A stretch of 64,000 nucleotides of DNA from a virus (lineage: Duplodnaviria; Caudoviricetes), in the IMG/VR virus record IMGVR_UViG_3300021138_001350, positions 2,636 to 66,635 of that record. One strand, 5' to 3'. The notes beneath the pieces are model-generated. The model was not told where the DNA came from and did no database searches. It saw nothing but the letters and a program-made list of their open reading frames with translations. Within the stretch, counting starts at the first letter, position 1, and each line of letters opens with the position of its first letter. Both the position numbers and the translations under genes were made by a program. Of this stretch, positions 44,820 through 55,952 are shown in pieces.

Positions 44820-45749
44820 TTACCAACTAGTTACAGTTGAACAAGGTTGAACTGTTATAGTAACAGTTGTAGATCCTACTACTATTGTTCCTCCACTATT
44901 TACTGTCACAAATGTTCCTGTTCCTGGGTCTATAGATATTTGATTATAGTTTCCACCAATCAATCCAATTTGTTGTGATCTTACAGATGATCTATTAGCT
45001 AAGTTGGATTCAAATCCCCCAGCCGCAGAATTAAATGTATTTCCTGAACTTATTGACATTGGATTTGTGCTTAATTGGAAACTATCTATATCAGTACCAA
45101 AATTACAACCAGTTGCATTATATCCAGTAACTAATAAATTTTGTATTCTAATAGTTGAGCCTAGAGCTTTTGATAAAGTCGCATTAAATGTAGGTCCTCC
45201 AATTGATGGTGCTGTAAATGAAATTGTTAGTGTTGCTACATTAGGTGCACTAGTACTAGGTGTTGGACTAGGTGTTATACTTAAGCTAGGTGTAACAGAA
45301 ACACTAGGTGTAGGTGTAACAGAAACACCAGAAGTTATTGATACACTAGGTGTAACAGAAACACTGGGTGTTTTACTAACTGATGGTGTTATACTAGGAG
45401 TAATACTAGGTGTAGCAGTTGGTGTTAAACTAGGTGTAGCAGATACAGTAGGTGTTATTGTTGGCGTTACACTTGGCGTAACTGTCATACTTACACTTGG
45501 AGTAGGACTTGGAGTAGGCGAATATGTAATAAGAGAAATATTAACAAAATTTGTACAAACTCCAGTAGATCTAACTTGTATAACTGTGGTAGCATTAGGT
45601 ACTAACACAGATAAATAACCGCCTTGTAAAGCAGCTTTAGATATGCCAGTTTCAAAAGGTGTTACAAAGCCATCATAACTTGAATACAAGTTAAAAGGCC
45701 CAGTGTCATTTCCTGCAGTTGTTAATACTATGAATACCGATCTAGCCAT
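44820..45749 (-). CDS. virion protein with S/T/P repeat linker
   Basis: LTTAG.DTGPFNLYS...STGVCTN N-domain, TPS repeats, C-domain; ATATTTAT upstream. Confidence 0.75.
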   Translation of the reverse strand: MARSVFIVLTTAGNDTGPFNLYSSYDGFVTPFETGISKAALQGGYLSVLVPNATTVIQVRSTGVCTNFVNISLITYSPTPSPTPSVSMTVTPSVTPTITPTVSATPSLTPTATPSITPSITPSVSKTPSVSVTPSVSITSGVSVTPTPSVSVTPSLSITPSPTPSTSAPNVATLTISFTAPSIGGPTFNATLSKALGSTIRIQNLLVTGYNATGCNFGTDIDSFQLSTNPMSISSGNTFNSAAGGFESNLANRSSVRSQQIGLIGGNYNQISIDPGTGTFVTVNSGGTIVVGSTTVTITVQPCSTVTSW

Positions 45750-45790
45750 TTATTATAAATATAATTTATATTCATTTAATTTATTAATTA

Positions 45791-48700
45791 TTAACATTGA
45801 TGACCTCTTGCAGTCATTACTCCAGTACTAGCTGCAATTGTATATGTAGTTTGTACAGCATCATTAATATCATATACATAAATAATTCCATTTATAGGAG
45901 TTCCTGATGAATTTCTAGCAACCATTCCAACTCCAAAGAATCCACCATTTGCTGTATATGTAGCTTTATCTGTTGAATTTAAGTAAATATTAAGATTAGC
46001 ACCTGGAGTACATGATGAACTACTAGGTAATTGTGGTAAACCTTTAGCTAGAGTAACTGATACAGATGGAGAATGGCTAGGTGTTACACTAGGAGTAGCT
46101 GACACTGCAGGAGTTACTGATACTGAAATACTAGGCGTACTACTTACCGCTGGAGTAACTGATATACTAGGTGTACTACTTACCGCTGGAGTAACTGATA
46201 CTGCTGGAGTATTACTTACTGCTGGAGTAGGACTAGGCGACGGTGTAGGTGATGGTTGAGGACATGTTCCACAAGTTGGTGTAAATCCAGTATTAACTGT
46301 AGCAAATGAACTACCATTAGTAACATTAATAGCTAAATATACTGGATTACAACTTGGTGATTCTTTAGTTCCTCCAGGAGAACAACTATTAAATTGAATA
46401 TAGTATACTCCTGTATTTAAAGTAGCAAAAGTACTACTTGTGAATGTTGTGCTTGCACAGAAAGTAGGAGCATTACCACCAGTTCCAGTAGTAGTACCGC
46501 CAGTGCCCGCATTTGCGTCAGGTGTACCAGGCACAGTTGCTCCATTACAAGAATCATATGCATTTGTAGCTAAATAAATAGTATTTGCAAAGTTTGCAGG
46601 AGGTGAAGTACTCGGAGTAGGAGATATACTTACTGCAGGCGTTACTGATATACTAGGTGTAACAGAAACACTAGGTGTAACTGATACTGCAGGCGTTACT
46701 GATATACTAGGTGTAACTGATACTGCAGGCGTTACTGATATACTAGGTGTAACTGATACTGCAGGCGTTACACTTACACTAGGTGTAATTGAAATACTAG
46801 GAGTTATAGAAATGCTAGGTGTTACTGATATACTAGGTGTTACTGATATACTAGGCGTAATTGAAATGCTAGGTGTAACAGAAACACTAGGAGTAACTGA
46901 TACACTAGGTGTTACTGATATACTAGGCGTAATTGAAATGCTAGGTGTAACAGAAACACTAGGTGTAACAGAAACACTAGGTGTTACTGATATGCTAGGA
47001 GTAACTGATACACTAGGTGTTACAGATATACTAGGTGTTATACTTACACTAGGTGTTATACTTACACTAGGTGTTACTGATATACTAGGAGTTACACTTA
47101 CACTAGGTGTAATAGATACGCTAGGAGTAACTGATATACTAGGTGTTACTGATATGCTAGGAGTAACTGAAACACTGGGTGTTACACTAGGTGTAATTGA
47201 AATACTAGGAGTAACTGATATACTAGGAGTAACAGAAATACTAGGAGTAACTGAAACACTAGGTGTTACACTTACACTAGGAGTAGCTGAAACACTAGGG
47301 GTAACTGATACACTAGGTGTTACTGATACACTAGGTGTTACACTAGGAGTAACTGAAACACTGGGAGTTATACTTACACTAGGAGTAACTGATACTGAAG
47401 GTGTAACAGAAATACTAGGAGTAACTGAAACACTAGGAGTTATACTTACACTAGGCGTTACAGATATAGAAGGTGTTACTGATATACTAGGGGTAACAGA
47501 AATACTAGGAGTTACACTAGGGGTAACAGATATGCTAGGTGTTATACTTACACTAGGTGTTACAGATATAGAAGGTGTTACTGATACACTAGGTGTTACT
47601 GATATACTAGGTGTTACACTAGGAGTAACTGAAACACTGGGAGTTTTACTTACACTAGGAGTAACTGATACTGAAGGTGTAACAGAAATACTAGGAGTAA
47701 CTGAAACACTAGGAGTTATACTAGGCGTAATTGAAATACTAGGAGTAACAGAAATACTAGGAGTAACTGATACACTAGGAGTTATACTTACGCTAGAAGT
47801 TACACTTACACTAGGTGTAATTGAAATACTAGGAGTTACAGATACTGAAGGTGTAACAGAAATACTAGGAGTAACTGATATGCTAGGAGTAACTGAAACA
47901 CTAGGTGTTACACTAGGGGTAATAGATACGCTAGGTGTTATACTTACACTAGGTGTAATACTTACACTAGGTGTAATCGATACACTAGGTGTTATAGATA
48001 CACTAGGAGTTACACTAGGAGTAGCTGAAATACTAGGAGTAATTGAAACACTAGGAGTTTTACTTACACTAGGAGTAACTGATATACTAGGAGTTACACT
48101 AGGAGTAACTGAAATGCTAGGCGTAACAGAAATACTAGGAGTTACACTAGGAGTTATACTAGGAGATAATCCAGGAGTTGTTGATACACTAGGCGTAACT
48201 GATATGCTAGGTGTTACTGATATACTAGGAGTTATGCTAGGTGTAATTGAAACACTAGGAGTAGCTGAGATACTCGGTGTAAGACTTACACTAGGAGTAA
48301 CAGAAATACTAGGAGTTACACTAGGGGTAACAGATATGCTAGGAGTTATACTTACACTAGGTGTAATAGAAACTGTTGGAGTTATACTCACACTAGGTGT
48401 AACAGATACACTAGGAGTTATACTTACACTAGGTGTTTTACTTACACTAGGCGTAATAGAAACTGTAGGAGTTATACTCACACTAGGTGTAATAGAAACA
48501 CTAGGTGTTATACTAGGAGTTATACTAGGAGATAATCCAGGAGTTGTTGATACACTAGGAGTAACAGAAATACTAGGAGTTACACTAATAGTAACTGATA
48601 TGCTAGGTGTTACTGATATACTAGGAGTAGCCGAAATACTAGGAGTAACAGAAATACTAGGTGTTATAGATACACTAGGTGTAACAGATACACTAGGAGT

Positions 48701-49549
48701 TATACTTACACTAGGAGTTATACTTATGCTAGGTGTAACAGATATACTAGGTGTTATACTAGGAGTTATACTAGGAGATAATCCAGGAGTTGTTGATACA
48801 CTAGGAGTAACAGAAACACTAGGTGTTTTACTTATACTAGGAGTAATACTCGGTGTTACACTAGGAGTAATTGATACTGTAACTGAAATAGTTGGAGTTA
48901 TACTAGGTGTAACTGAAATAGTTGGAGTTATGCTAGGTGTAACTGAAATAGTCGGAGTAGGACTTGGACTAGGTATTTGTTCAGTTGCATATCCACTTAA
49001 TGTACAATCAGGAGGGAATATTCCTAAATAATCTTTGTTTGTTATTATGACTATTCCTTGATTGTATAAAATATTACCTACATGAACAAAAGAACTGCCA
49101 CTAGTAGCTAGCACATTTCCATTTCCGTCATCATATATATAATATAAAGAAGATGATAAAATAAAACTATTTCGTCCTATATTTTCTCCAAAAACATTTC
49201 TTGGAATAGAAAGTACAGATATCTGTGCATTTGATTCTGTAGGAAAATATCTAACATCAGCATCAAAAGTTCCTGAAGCTGCACTAGATTGTAAAGAATT
49301 ATCAAAACTAGAACCCGTAGATAAATAAGATCCAGTAGTAAAATTAGAATAAAAAAGTTGTTTCGCAGAGTAATAAATTAGCGTGCTCTGTTGAACAGAT
49401 CCACTTATATTTATTTGACCATTAATTCCTCTTAGAACAGAAATACCATAGTTACTAAATGTAGCACTACTATAGGATGCAGTATAACGTAATTTAATAG
49501 GAGTTGTAGAACGGTCCGATGAATTAATCGTATTAAAAGCTCTACTCAT
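45791..49549 (-). CDS. large virion protein with mucin-like TPS(V/I)S(V/I) repeat stalk
   Basis: 1252 aa; globular N-domain (DDGNGN, HVGNILY.QG), ~780-aa repeat, Cys-containing C-domains. Confidence 0.8.
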   Translation of the reverse strand: MSRAFNTINSSDRSTTPIKLRYTASYSSATFSNYGISVLRGINGQINISGSVQQSTLIYYSAKQLFYSNFTTGSYLSTGSSFDNSLQSSAASGTFDADVRYFPTESNAQISVLSIPRNVFGENIGRNSFILSSSLYYIYDDGNGNVLATSGSSFVHVGNILYNQGIVIITNKDYLGIFPPDCTLSGYATEQIPSPSPTPTISVTPSITPTISVTPSITPTISVTVSITPSVTPSITPSISKTPSVSVTPSVSTTPGLSPSITPSITPSISVTPSISITPSVSITPSVSVTPSVSITPSISVTPSISATPSISVTPSISVTISVTPSISVTPSVSTTPGLSPSITPSITPSVSITPSVSITPTVSITPSVSKTPSVSITPSVSVTPSVSITPTVSITPSVSITPSISVTPSVTPSISVTPSVSLTPSISATPSVSITPSITPSISVTPSISVTPSVSTTPGLSPSITPSVTPSISVTPSISVTPSVTPSISVTPSVSKTPSVSITPSISATPSVTPSVSITPSVSITPSVSITPSVSITPSVSITPSVTPSVSVTPSISVTPSISVTPSVSVTPSISITPSVSVTSSVSITPSVSVTPSISVTPSISITPSITPSVSVTPSISVTPSVSVTPSVSKTPSVSVTPSVTPSISVTPSVSVTPSISVTPSVSITPSISVTPSVTPSISVTPSISVTPSISVTPSVSITPSVSVTPSISVTPSVSVTPSVSITPSVSVTPSVTPSVSVTPSVSVTPSVSATPSVSVTPSVSVTPSISVTPSISVTPSISITPSVTPSVSVTPSISVTPSISVTPSVSITPSVSVTPSISVTPSVSITPSVSITPSISVTPSVSVTPSISVTPSVSVTPSVSVTPSISITPSISVTPSVSVTPSVSVTPSISITPSISVTPSISVTPSISITPSISITPSVSVTPAVSVTPSISVTPAVSVTPSISVTPAVSVTPSVSVTPSISVTPAVSISPTPSTSPPANFANTIYLATNAYDSCNGATVPGTPDANAGTGGTTTGTGGNAPTFCASTTFTSSTFATLNTGVYYIQFNSCSPGGTKESPSCNPVYLAINVTNGSSFATVNTGFTPTCGTCPQPSPTPSPSPTPAVSNTPAVSVTPAVSSTPSISVTPAVSSTPSISVSVTPAVSATPSVTPSHSPSVSVTLAKGLPQLPSSSSCTPGANLNIYLNSTDKATYTANGGFFGVGMVARNSSGTPINGIIYVYDINDAVQTTYTIAASTGVMTARGHQC
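46610..48972 (-). repeat. degenerate 18-bp (and 12-bp) coding tandem repeat
   Basis: About 130 units like CTAGGwGTwACwGAwAyA on the + strand, synonymously diverged. Confidence 0.95.
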
Positions 49550-49565
49550 TTTTTATATTAAAATA

Positions 49566-50627
49566 TTACCAGTCTAATTTAACTCTTATTAAAGCTTCTT
49601 TAGTAAAATCTTTTACCATTGGCACTGACATTTTAGCCACTGCCACTAAATCATTATTATCATTATACAATCCTATAGTAGTTGGAAAAGTTTGCGGACT
49701 ATTAACTAATATTGGATATACTAATCCTCCATTAGATCCTGATGTAAATGTAGGATTTGAAGAATAATTATATTGTGAATTTTGTATTCTTACAAATATA
49801 TAATCAGAAGAAATTGTTTCATATGAACTTAATTGAAAACTTCCTCCTGAAGATATGGCCGTAAATAAACTAGTATTGCTAGTTGATGAATATGGTGTAG
49901 ATGGATTTGAAGTTTCATCTACAATTAGTCCTACTCCTCCATATGAACTTCCTAATGCCAATGCACCTGGATTTAATATAATAGTACCTATATCAGGCAA
50001 TAAAAATCCATAAGATCCAGAAGCTGTGTATCCAGCTTTTGTAGCTCCGGTTGGAGTTGAAACACTAGCATATCCATTAGATCCTGATACAATATCAAAT
50101 ACTCTTCCACAATCTAAATAATTTATAACATTAGAATTATTACTATTATCTGATAAAGTGATTGTACCTCCAGGACCAGTTAAAGTTAAATTAAATGATC
50201 CAGGTAATAAACTTTCTTTATATCTATTTCTATCTACATTTATTGCGTAAATATACCTTGAATTATTTGCTAAACCACCAAAATTAAATCCTTGAGATCC
50301 TGTTACAAATGCACCATATACTAAATTTTTATATTGTTTATACGTAGTATATGATGGACTAATTCCAGCAACTAGAGGATTATAATATTGAGATCCTGAT
50401 CCAAAGGCGTGGCCATACGCAATAGAAAATTGAACAGCTGCTCCAGTGGTGCCTTGTGATAATTGATATACATTTAAATAAAATGCATCAGATGTAATAG
50501 TAGTAGATGAAGGTTGTGAAGCTGCAAAAAATGATGTTAACGTAGGAGAATTAGTACTCCATGCAGGAGCAGTAATTGCATCAGATGATACTACAAAATC
50601 AGTCGCTGCTAGCGGTGTATATGACAT
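49566..50627 (-). CDS. virion structural protein (tail/baseplate region)
   Basis: QFSIAYGH..GSGS, RYKESLLPG, TTIGLYN...VAKMS.P..KDF. Confidence 0.7.
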   Translation of the reverse strand: MSYTPLAATDFVVSSDAITAPAWSTNSPTLTSFFAASQPSSTTITSDAFYLNVYQLSQGTTGAAVQFSIAYGHAFGSGSQYYNPLVAGISPSYTTYKQYKNLVYGAFVTGSQGFNFGGLANNSRYIYAINVDRNRYKESLLPGSFNLTLTGPGGTITLSDNSNNSNVINYLDCGRVFDIVSGSNGYASVSTPTGATKAGYTASGSYGFLLPDIGTIILNPGALALGSSYGGVGLIVDETSNPSTPYSSTSNTSLFTAISSGGSFQLSSYETISSDYIFVRIQNSQYNYSSNPTFTSGSNGGLVYPILVNSPQTFPTTIGLYNDNNDLVAVAKMSVPMVKDFTKEALIRVKLDW

Positions 50628-50637
50628 ATTTTAATTT

Positions 50638-51297
50638 TTAAGATGATACTTTATTTATCTGTACAGGAACTGTAATTCTAGCGCCGGAATCTCTACCAAC
50701 TACAGTTAACAAAGTGTAAAGTGTTGTATTTGATCCAAATAAAGTATTTACAGTTGTAGCTGACATATTCAGTGTAGTACCAATAACAGTTAGACTTACG
50801 TTTGTTCCTAAAGTTTGTGTACTATTCGCTGATGAAGCTGCGTTTGAATTAATTCCAACTCCTGTAAAAGTGCTGGTAGTTCTAACATCTCCGATAGTAA
50901 AAGTGTATCCATCGGTTTCATAAGTAGAAGTGGCTCCTAAATAATTTAATGTTTGAGGAGTAATTGAAATTGAAGCTCCTTGTGATAGTGTAATCACACT
51001 ATATCCAATACTAACTACTGGTAATTGAGAAGTACCTCTTGGTAAAGTTACTAATCTATATTTCATAATTTCATTATCTTCTGGAAAAGCTTGTATAACT
51101 GGCATATTTTGAATTGCTTCTCCATAAAATGCAGATCCTGATGGATGATTTGGATTGTATAACGTGTAATCTACCTCATCATCTGAAAGAGAAAATTGAG
51201 TGATTTTAAATGATCCATCGTTTCTAGCTAGTAATTCTCTACCTTTTTTGGTAAGAATAGCATCTATAACGACTGAAGTATTACTTAAATATGCCAT
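50638..51297 (-). CDS. virion structural protein
   Basis: DAILTKKGRELLA...ITQFSLSDDEVDY; ATATTTAT upstream. Confidence 0.7.
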   Translation of the reverse strand: MAYLSNTSVVIDAILTKKGRELLARNDGSFKITQFSLSDDEVDYTLYNPNHPSGSAFYGEAIQNMPVIQAFPEDNEIMKYRLVTLPRGTSQLPVVSIGYSVITLSQGASISITPQTLNYLGATSTYETDGYTFTIGDVRTTSTFTGVGINSNAASSANSTQTLGTNVSLTVIGTTLNMSATTVNTLFGSNTTLYTLLTVVGRDSGARITVPVQINKVSS

Positions 51298-51344
51298 GTT
51301 TTAATGTGTTTTTCTGTTTATAAATATATTAAAGTTTAAAATCT

Positions 51345-54300
51345 TTATCCATTTGTATTTATCTGTGTAGATAATATTTGAGATTGTACTTGTGATTGTA
51401 TAGTATTAATTTTTAATAATACTTCTGGATTAATATTATTAGGTATTAAAAATCCATATGAAGTTTGTCCTGGTTTTTTTACAAACGTTAGTTGAACATT
51501 TTGTTCATCAGCATATTTTCTTAATAATAAGAATTGTAGTATATTATTAGGATTTGATACCCAGCTACTTAATATTGTTGGTATCACTGATATGTTAACT
51601 CTATTATTAGAATCAACTGAGTATCCAACCACATCTAGATTTTCTATTCTACTTCCATCTGATAAAACTATTCTATCTCCAAATTGAGGTTGAAAAGCAT
51701 AAGATACATCTCCATAAGATGCTGAAATACTATATAAACTACTTGAATATACTACTGATGCAGACACAAAATATGGAACGAATTGGTATCCCAAATAATT
51801 AGATAAATTTTGACTTAGCACAAGAGATCCAGAAGTTCCAGCAGTATTATTTGAAGCGGCATATATAAAATTACCATTAGCTACACTAGAGGTTGCGTAA
51901 GGATATCCTCCAGCTCCAATTGCAGCTGTATTTAATCCTAAACTACTATTAGATGATCCTACACTTAAATAAGCTATATAATTATCAGTAGTTACACTTT
52001 GTTGTATTAGTTGAAAATATACTTTATCTGCGGGTGTTATTGATACACCAGGAGTTGTATAATTAATATTAAAAGTTTTTGAATAGTTTGAAGATGCTGT
52101 TGTTGTTTTAGATGGAGACGGATTACTTATAATAGTTGCAGATGCTCCATAAATAGTTATATAACTAGTCATAGATGTTGGTATACCTCCTAAAGGTCCA
52201 TTTCCTGATATGACTAAATAACCCTGTCTAATTGATGATCCTTGATACCATTGACACAAAGCCAATGTTATATTATCACTAGAAGATCCTATAGGAGTAC
52301 CATTTATATTAATTGGGCCAACTAAATTTAAAGTTGTTACTCCTAAATTAGATAATCCTGTTACTGTTCCTGGTAAAGCTCCTAATGTAGTTATTGAAGC
52401 ATTAGTAGTCACTGCTGCAGTATAAGTTGAACTAAAACTCATTAATTGTGTAGAGCTTCCTGGTAATAAACTACCATTTAAATATACTTGATAAGCGTAT
52501 ATAGCAGTATCTGTAGAACCTCCTTGAGTTAAAGGATCTGGCAAGGTTACCGTTAAACTAAATTTAGTTGAAAAACTACTAACTCCAGCAACTGTAGGAG
52601 TGTAATATGGAAAAGAAACTCCAACAGTACCTGGTGTATAACCCACAGAAGGTCCAGAAGATCCAAATATATTATATATATTTCCAGTTCTTGTAGGAGC
52701 ACTTGTAATAGTTGGAGCATAATAAGGAGAACCTCCTCCTCCTTTTATATAGGCATTAGAAGCTGGAACATCGGTTGTAGATGGATTCCACGCAATAAAA
52801 TTAGAAACTGCAGAATTACCAGTGTAAGTAAAAAATAATTGTGTATCAACCCCAGTAACAAAATACAATTGCGGAGAATAAGAATATCCACTATTGTAAA
52901 TAGTTTTTATTCCATCAGTGGCTTTTTGATTACCATATTTTTTATTATCAAATTGTTTAATAGTCGCAGTACTACCTTGTAGAAATATATTTTGTATATC
53001 TGTCCAATGAGTATTATTTTGATTTAATTCTTGCAATCCTCCAGATACGTCTACTAAATAAGTTAGTGTAGCGTTTATTTCACCAGGAATAAATGAACTA
53101 GTTTCTACTTGAGTAAATAATCCTATTTTATTTGAATAATAATTTATCATTGGATCATTACCATAAGATATATCTCCTCCATAATTTCCACTACCAGTAG
53201 TATAAATATTATAGGTTTTTGCCATTGAAAATGATCCACTATATCTAGGAATTATACTTCGTCTTAAATTATAATTATAATCTTGTACATAAGCATATTG
53301 ACTATTTGGATTTGATTGATAAGAATTACCCAGTATTATGGATTGAGTAATATATCCATAGTTTGTAGCTTGATTTTTTAAAATTCCTCCAAAATCAAGA
53401 TGAAAAAAAGTATTAGATCTTATAGAACTTGAAATATTTTGATACAATGCACCAAAATTAATACTTTGACTAGGAGTATATCCAAGATTTAAATTTTGAA
53501 AAGGTTGATATGATTTTTCAATTTGACTTTTGTTATGGTAAGTAGATTTAAAACTAGATCCACTAAATTCCCCAGTAAATTTTTCAAATCCTACGCTATG
53601 CGAAACTGGAATTAATCCTAAAGTTGAATATTCTGTTTTTACAAATGCAGTGGATTTACTAATTAGAGAGGGATCAGATCCACTTATTTTACTTCCACTT
53701 ATTTCAGACACTAAAGAACTTGATGTTACAGTTGGTTGATGTCTAGCATATTTACTTCTTTCTAATATGTGTGGTTTTACAATAATTCCTGTCGATACAT
53801 TTGCTCTAGCGGGCACAAAATCTTTGATCATTTTAAACAATGAATTGTTATAAAATTTGATCATTCGAATATACTCTCCTATACTATGATTAGGATATGT
53901 TGCGTACGTACTAAATGTAGTATTTTTAAATGCTTCTAAAGTTTGATAAGATGCAGAATATTGATCATTAGGATTACCTATTAATTGATCTATATTAAAA
54001 TATCCTAAAGAACCAGTAATAAAAGCATTAATAGAGTCAGCTGGAGAAAATCCAATTTCTATTTTTGAAGAATTTATTCTTCTATTTGTTTGATAATATT
54101 GATTACTTATATAAGGTGATAATACAGACGCTGATATTTGTAAACTACTGGTTACTGTATAAGCTTTTAAATTGTTTATTTCTAAAAGACCATCTTGTAC
54201 AGAAGAATCATATCCTCCAAATTCATTAACTGTTAAAATGCTTTCAGGAATTCCATAACATGCTATTAAAGCTTTTAATCCTCTATGAGTACCTTTTGTT

Positions 54301-55952
54301 TTTAACAAATAAGGTAAATTATGGTATATTCTTTTATATATTTCATTTTGTATAGTCTGAGCTGGTAAAGTAGCTATACTAGATGTTACAAAATTTGTAA
54401 TTCTTTCCGATCCTGTTGGAGGCAATAAATTACCATTAGCGTTAATCCCAAATAAAGAGTAATATAAATTATCTGATACATTAGAATTAGTATAAAGATG
54501 CATTCCTAGCCCTCTTAAAGCATCTCCAACAAGATCCATAGACACACCCGTGTTAGGATTATTTGTATTATTATATCTATTAGTTACATCTTTATAATAT
54601 ATCCAAATGTTATCAAAATGTTGACCCATCATATATACAAAAGTAGAATACGGAATATTATTTGGATCATCTTGTAAATATCTAGGAATAGAATTTGTTA
54701 GTAAATCTTTATTAGTTAGATCATAATATGAAGCAGAATATAAAATAGAAATATTATTTCCTACTGGTTGAGTTGTAGAATTACCTAACCAATTTAAACC
54801 AGCAGTAGAATTAACAGACGCTAATGTATAAGGTTGTGTATTATTAGTTTTTGGCCATGCAAAGGATGCAGAAGTAAAATATAAATAATATTCGTAATTA
54901 TCAAAATTAGTTATTATATTATTTATCGATTGACTTAAAAATCCAATAGAAGAAGAAGCAACTAAATTTCCACCAGTAACAGATTTTTGAGATTGTATTT
55001 GACTATTATATGATTCAATTAATCCAAGTTTATAAACAAAATTACTAATTCTTTCTGTAGCACTAGAAAAATGAATAAAATTAGAGAAATTAGAATAATC
55101 AACATTTATATTTATTGATTGATCTTGATAATAACTCATCAATTTTTGAAATGATGAAGTTACAGGACTTGATAATAAATTATTATAGTTATAATATGGA
55201 GTAGTTAAACCTAATTTTTGATTTACTTCTATTTTAAAATTAGGTCCTCTTAAATTATTTTGATTATTAATAGCATCTACTTCTATTTGAATATTAACAT
55301 TATAATTTGCAGATTCTGCAATTTTATCAACAATCCATAAAGTTGATTTAATATCAAAATCTAATGGAAGTGGTTCATATAATTTTATTAAAAGATATGC
55401 TCCGCTTGAATCTGATGAGTATGCCGCGTTAACTCCAATTATAAGTTGATTATTACCAAAATTTAAATAAAAATCAGAAAAATAATTTTTATTTGCAGCA
55501 TAACTTTGATATGAATTAAATCCATTTAATATATTAGAATCACTAATATTTTGAGATGCAAGTAATAATTCAGTTCTAGTAGAAGAAATTTGTTTTATCC
55601 AGTAGTTATTAACGAAAGAAGAATTAAATAATGTTCTTAAAAAATTATATTGAACATTAATACTTCCTCTATCAAAACCTAAATTATTTACATATGTTTG
55701 TGGATCTAAATTAATAGATGTGTACGTACCATTATTACTATTACTATTAGAAGGTAATGTATAATCTGTTAAGTTATAATCACTATTTAACAAATTATTA
55801 GAATCATCATATATAAAAGCTTCTATATAATCATTACTATTAGCTAAAAAACTAGTATTAATGTAATTATTAGATATTAATGAATTATCAATATTACTAT
55901 AATTTTGAGCTTCTGTACCTGTGCCGGTATATGATATATTTACTAATTCCAT
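51345..55952 (-). CDS. large baseplate/tail protein
   Basis: 1535 aa; RIYHNLPYLLKTKGT..GL.ALI..YG (baseplate-wedge-like), IKDFVPAR. Confidence 0.7.
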   Translation of the reverse strand: MELVNISYTGTGTEAQNYSNIDNSLISNNYINTSFLANSNDYIEAFIYDDSNNLLNSDYNLTDYTLPSNSNSNNGTYTSINLDPQTYVNNLGFDRGSINVQYNFLRTLFNSSFVNNYWIKQISSTRTELLLASQNISDSNILNGFNSYQSYAANKNYFSDFYLNFGNNQLIIGVNAAYSSDSSGAYLLIKLYEPLPLDFDIKSTLWIVDKIAESANYNVNIQIEVDAINNQNNLRGPNFKIEVNQKLGLTTPYYNYNNLLSSPVTSSFQKLMSYYQDQSININVDYSNFSNFIHFSSATERISNFVYKLGLIESYNSQIQSQKSVTGGNLVASSSIGFLSQSINNIITNFDNYEYYLYFTSASFAWPKTNNTQPYTLASVNSTAGLNWLGNSTTQPVGNNISILYSASYYDLTNKDLLTNSIPRYLQDDPNNIPYSTFVYMMGQHFDNIWIYYKDVTNRYNNTNNPNTGVSMDLVGDALRGLGMHLYTNSNVSDNLYYSLFGINANGNLLPPTGSERITNFVTSSIATLPAQTIQNEIYKRIYHNLPYLLKTKGTHRGLKALIACYGIPESILTVNEFGGYDSSVQDGLLEINNLKAYTVTSSLQISASVLSPYISNQYYQTNRRINSSKIEIGFSPADSINAFITGSLGYFNIDQLIGNPNDQYSASYQTLEAFKNTTFSTYATYPNHSIGEYIRMIKFYNNSLFKMIKDFVPARANVSTGIIVKPHILERSKYARHQPTVTSSSLVSEISGSKISGSDPSLISKSTAFVKTEYSTLGLIPVSHSVGFEKFTGEFSGSSFKSTYHNKSQIEKSYQPFQNLNLGYTPSQSINFGALYQNISSSIRSNTFFHLDFGGILKNQATNYGYITQSIILGNSYQSNPNSQYAYVQDYNYNLRRSIIPRYSGSFSMAKTYNIYTTGSGNYGGDISYGNDPMINYYSNKIGLFTQVETSSFIPGEINATLTYLVDVSGGLQELNQNNTHWTDIQNIFLQGSTATIKQFDNKKYGNQKATDGIKTIYNSGYSYSPQLYFVTGVDTQLFFTYTGNSAVSNFIAWNPSTTDVPASNAYIKGGGGSPYYAPTITSAPTRTGNIYNIFGSSGPSVGYTPGTVGVSFPYYTPTVAGVSSFSTKFSLTVTLPDPLTQGGSTDTAIYAYQVYLNGSLLPGSSTQLMSFSSTYTAAVTTNASITTLGALPGTVTGLSNLGVTTLNLVGPININGTPIGSSSDNITLALCQWYQGSSIRQGYLVISGNGPLGGIPTSMTSYITIYGASATIISNPSPSKTTTASSNYSKTFNINYTTPGVSITPADKVYFQLIQQSVTTDNYIAYLSVGSSNSSLGLNTAAIGAGGYPYATSSVANGNFIYAASNNTAGTSGSLVLSQNLSNYLGYQFVPYFVSASVVYSSSLYSISASYGDVSYAFQPQFGDRIVLSDGSRIENLDVVGYSVDSNNRVNISVIPTILSSWVSNPNNILQFLLLRKYADEQNVQLTFVKKPGQTSYGFLIPNNINPEVLLKINTIQSQVQSQILSTQINTNG

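Noticed and set aside
45004-45618. 204-aa + strand ORF
   Set aside because: Same antisense artefact over ORF 44820..45749
46610-48972. Possible CRISPR array
   Set aside because: No unique spacers; 18-bp coding repeat with third-position variation; no cas genes
46812-49031. 739-aa + strand ORF of LGVT repeats
   Set aside because: Antisense shadow of the TPS repeat gene; codons for T/P/S/V/I rarely give stops on the opposite strand
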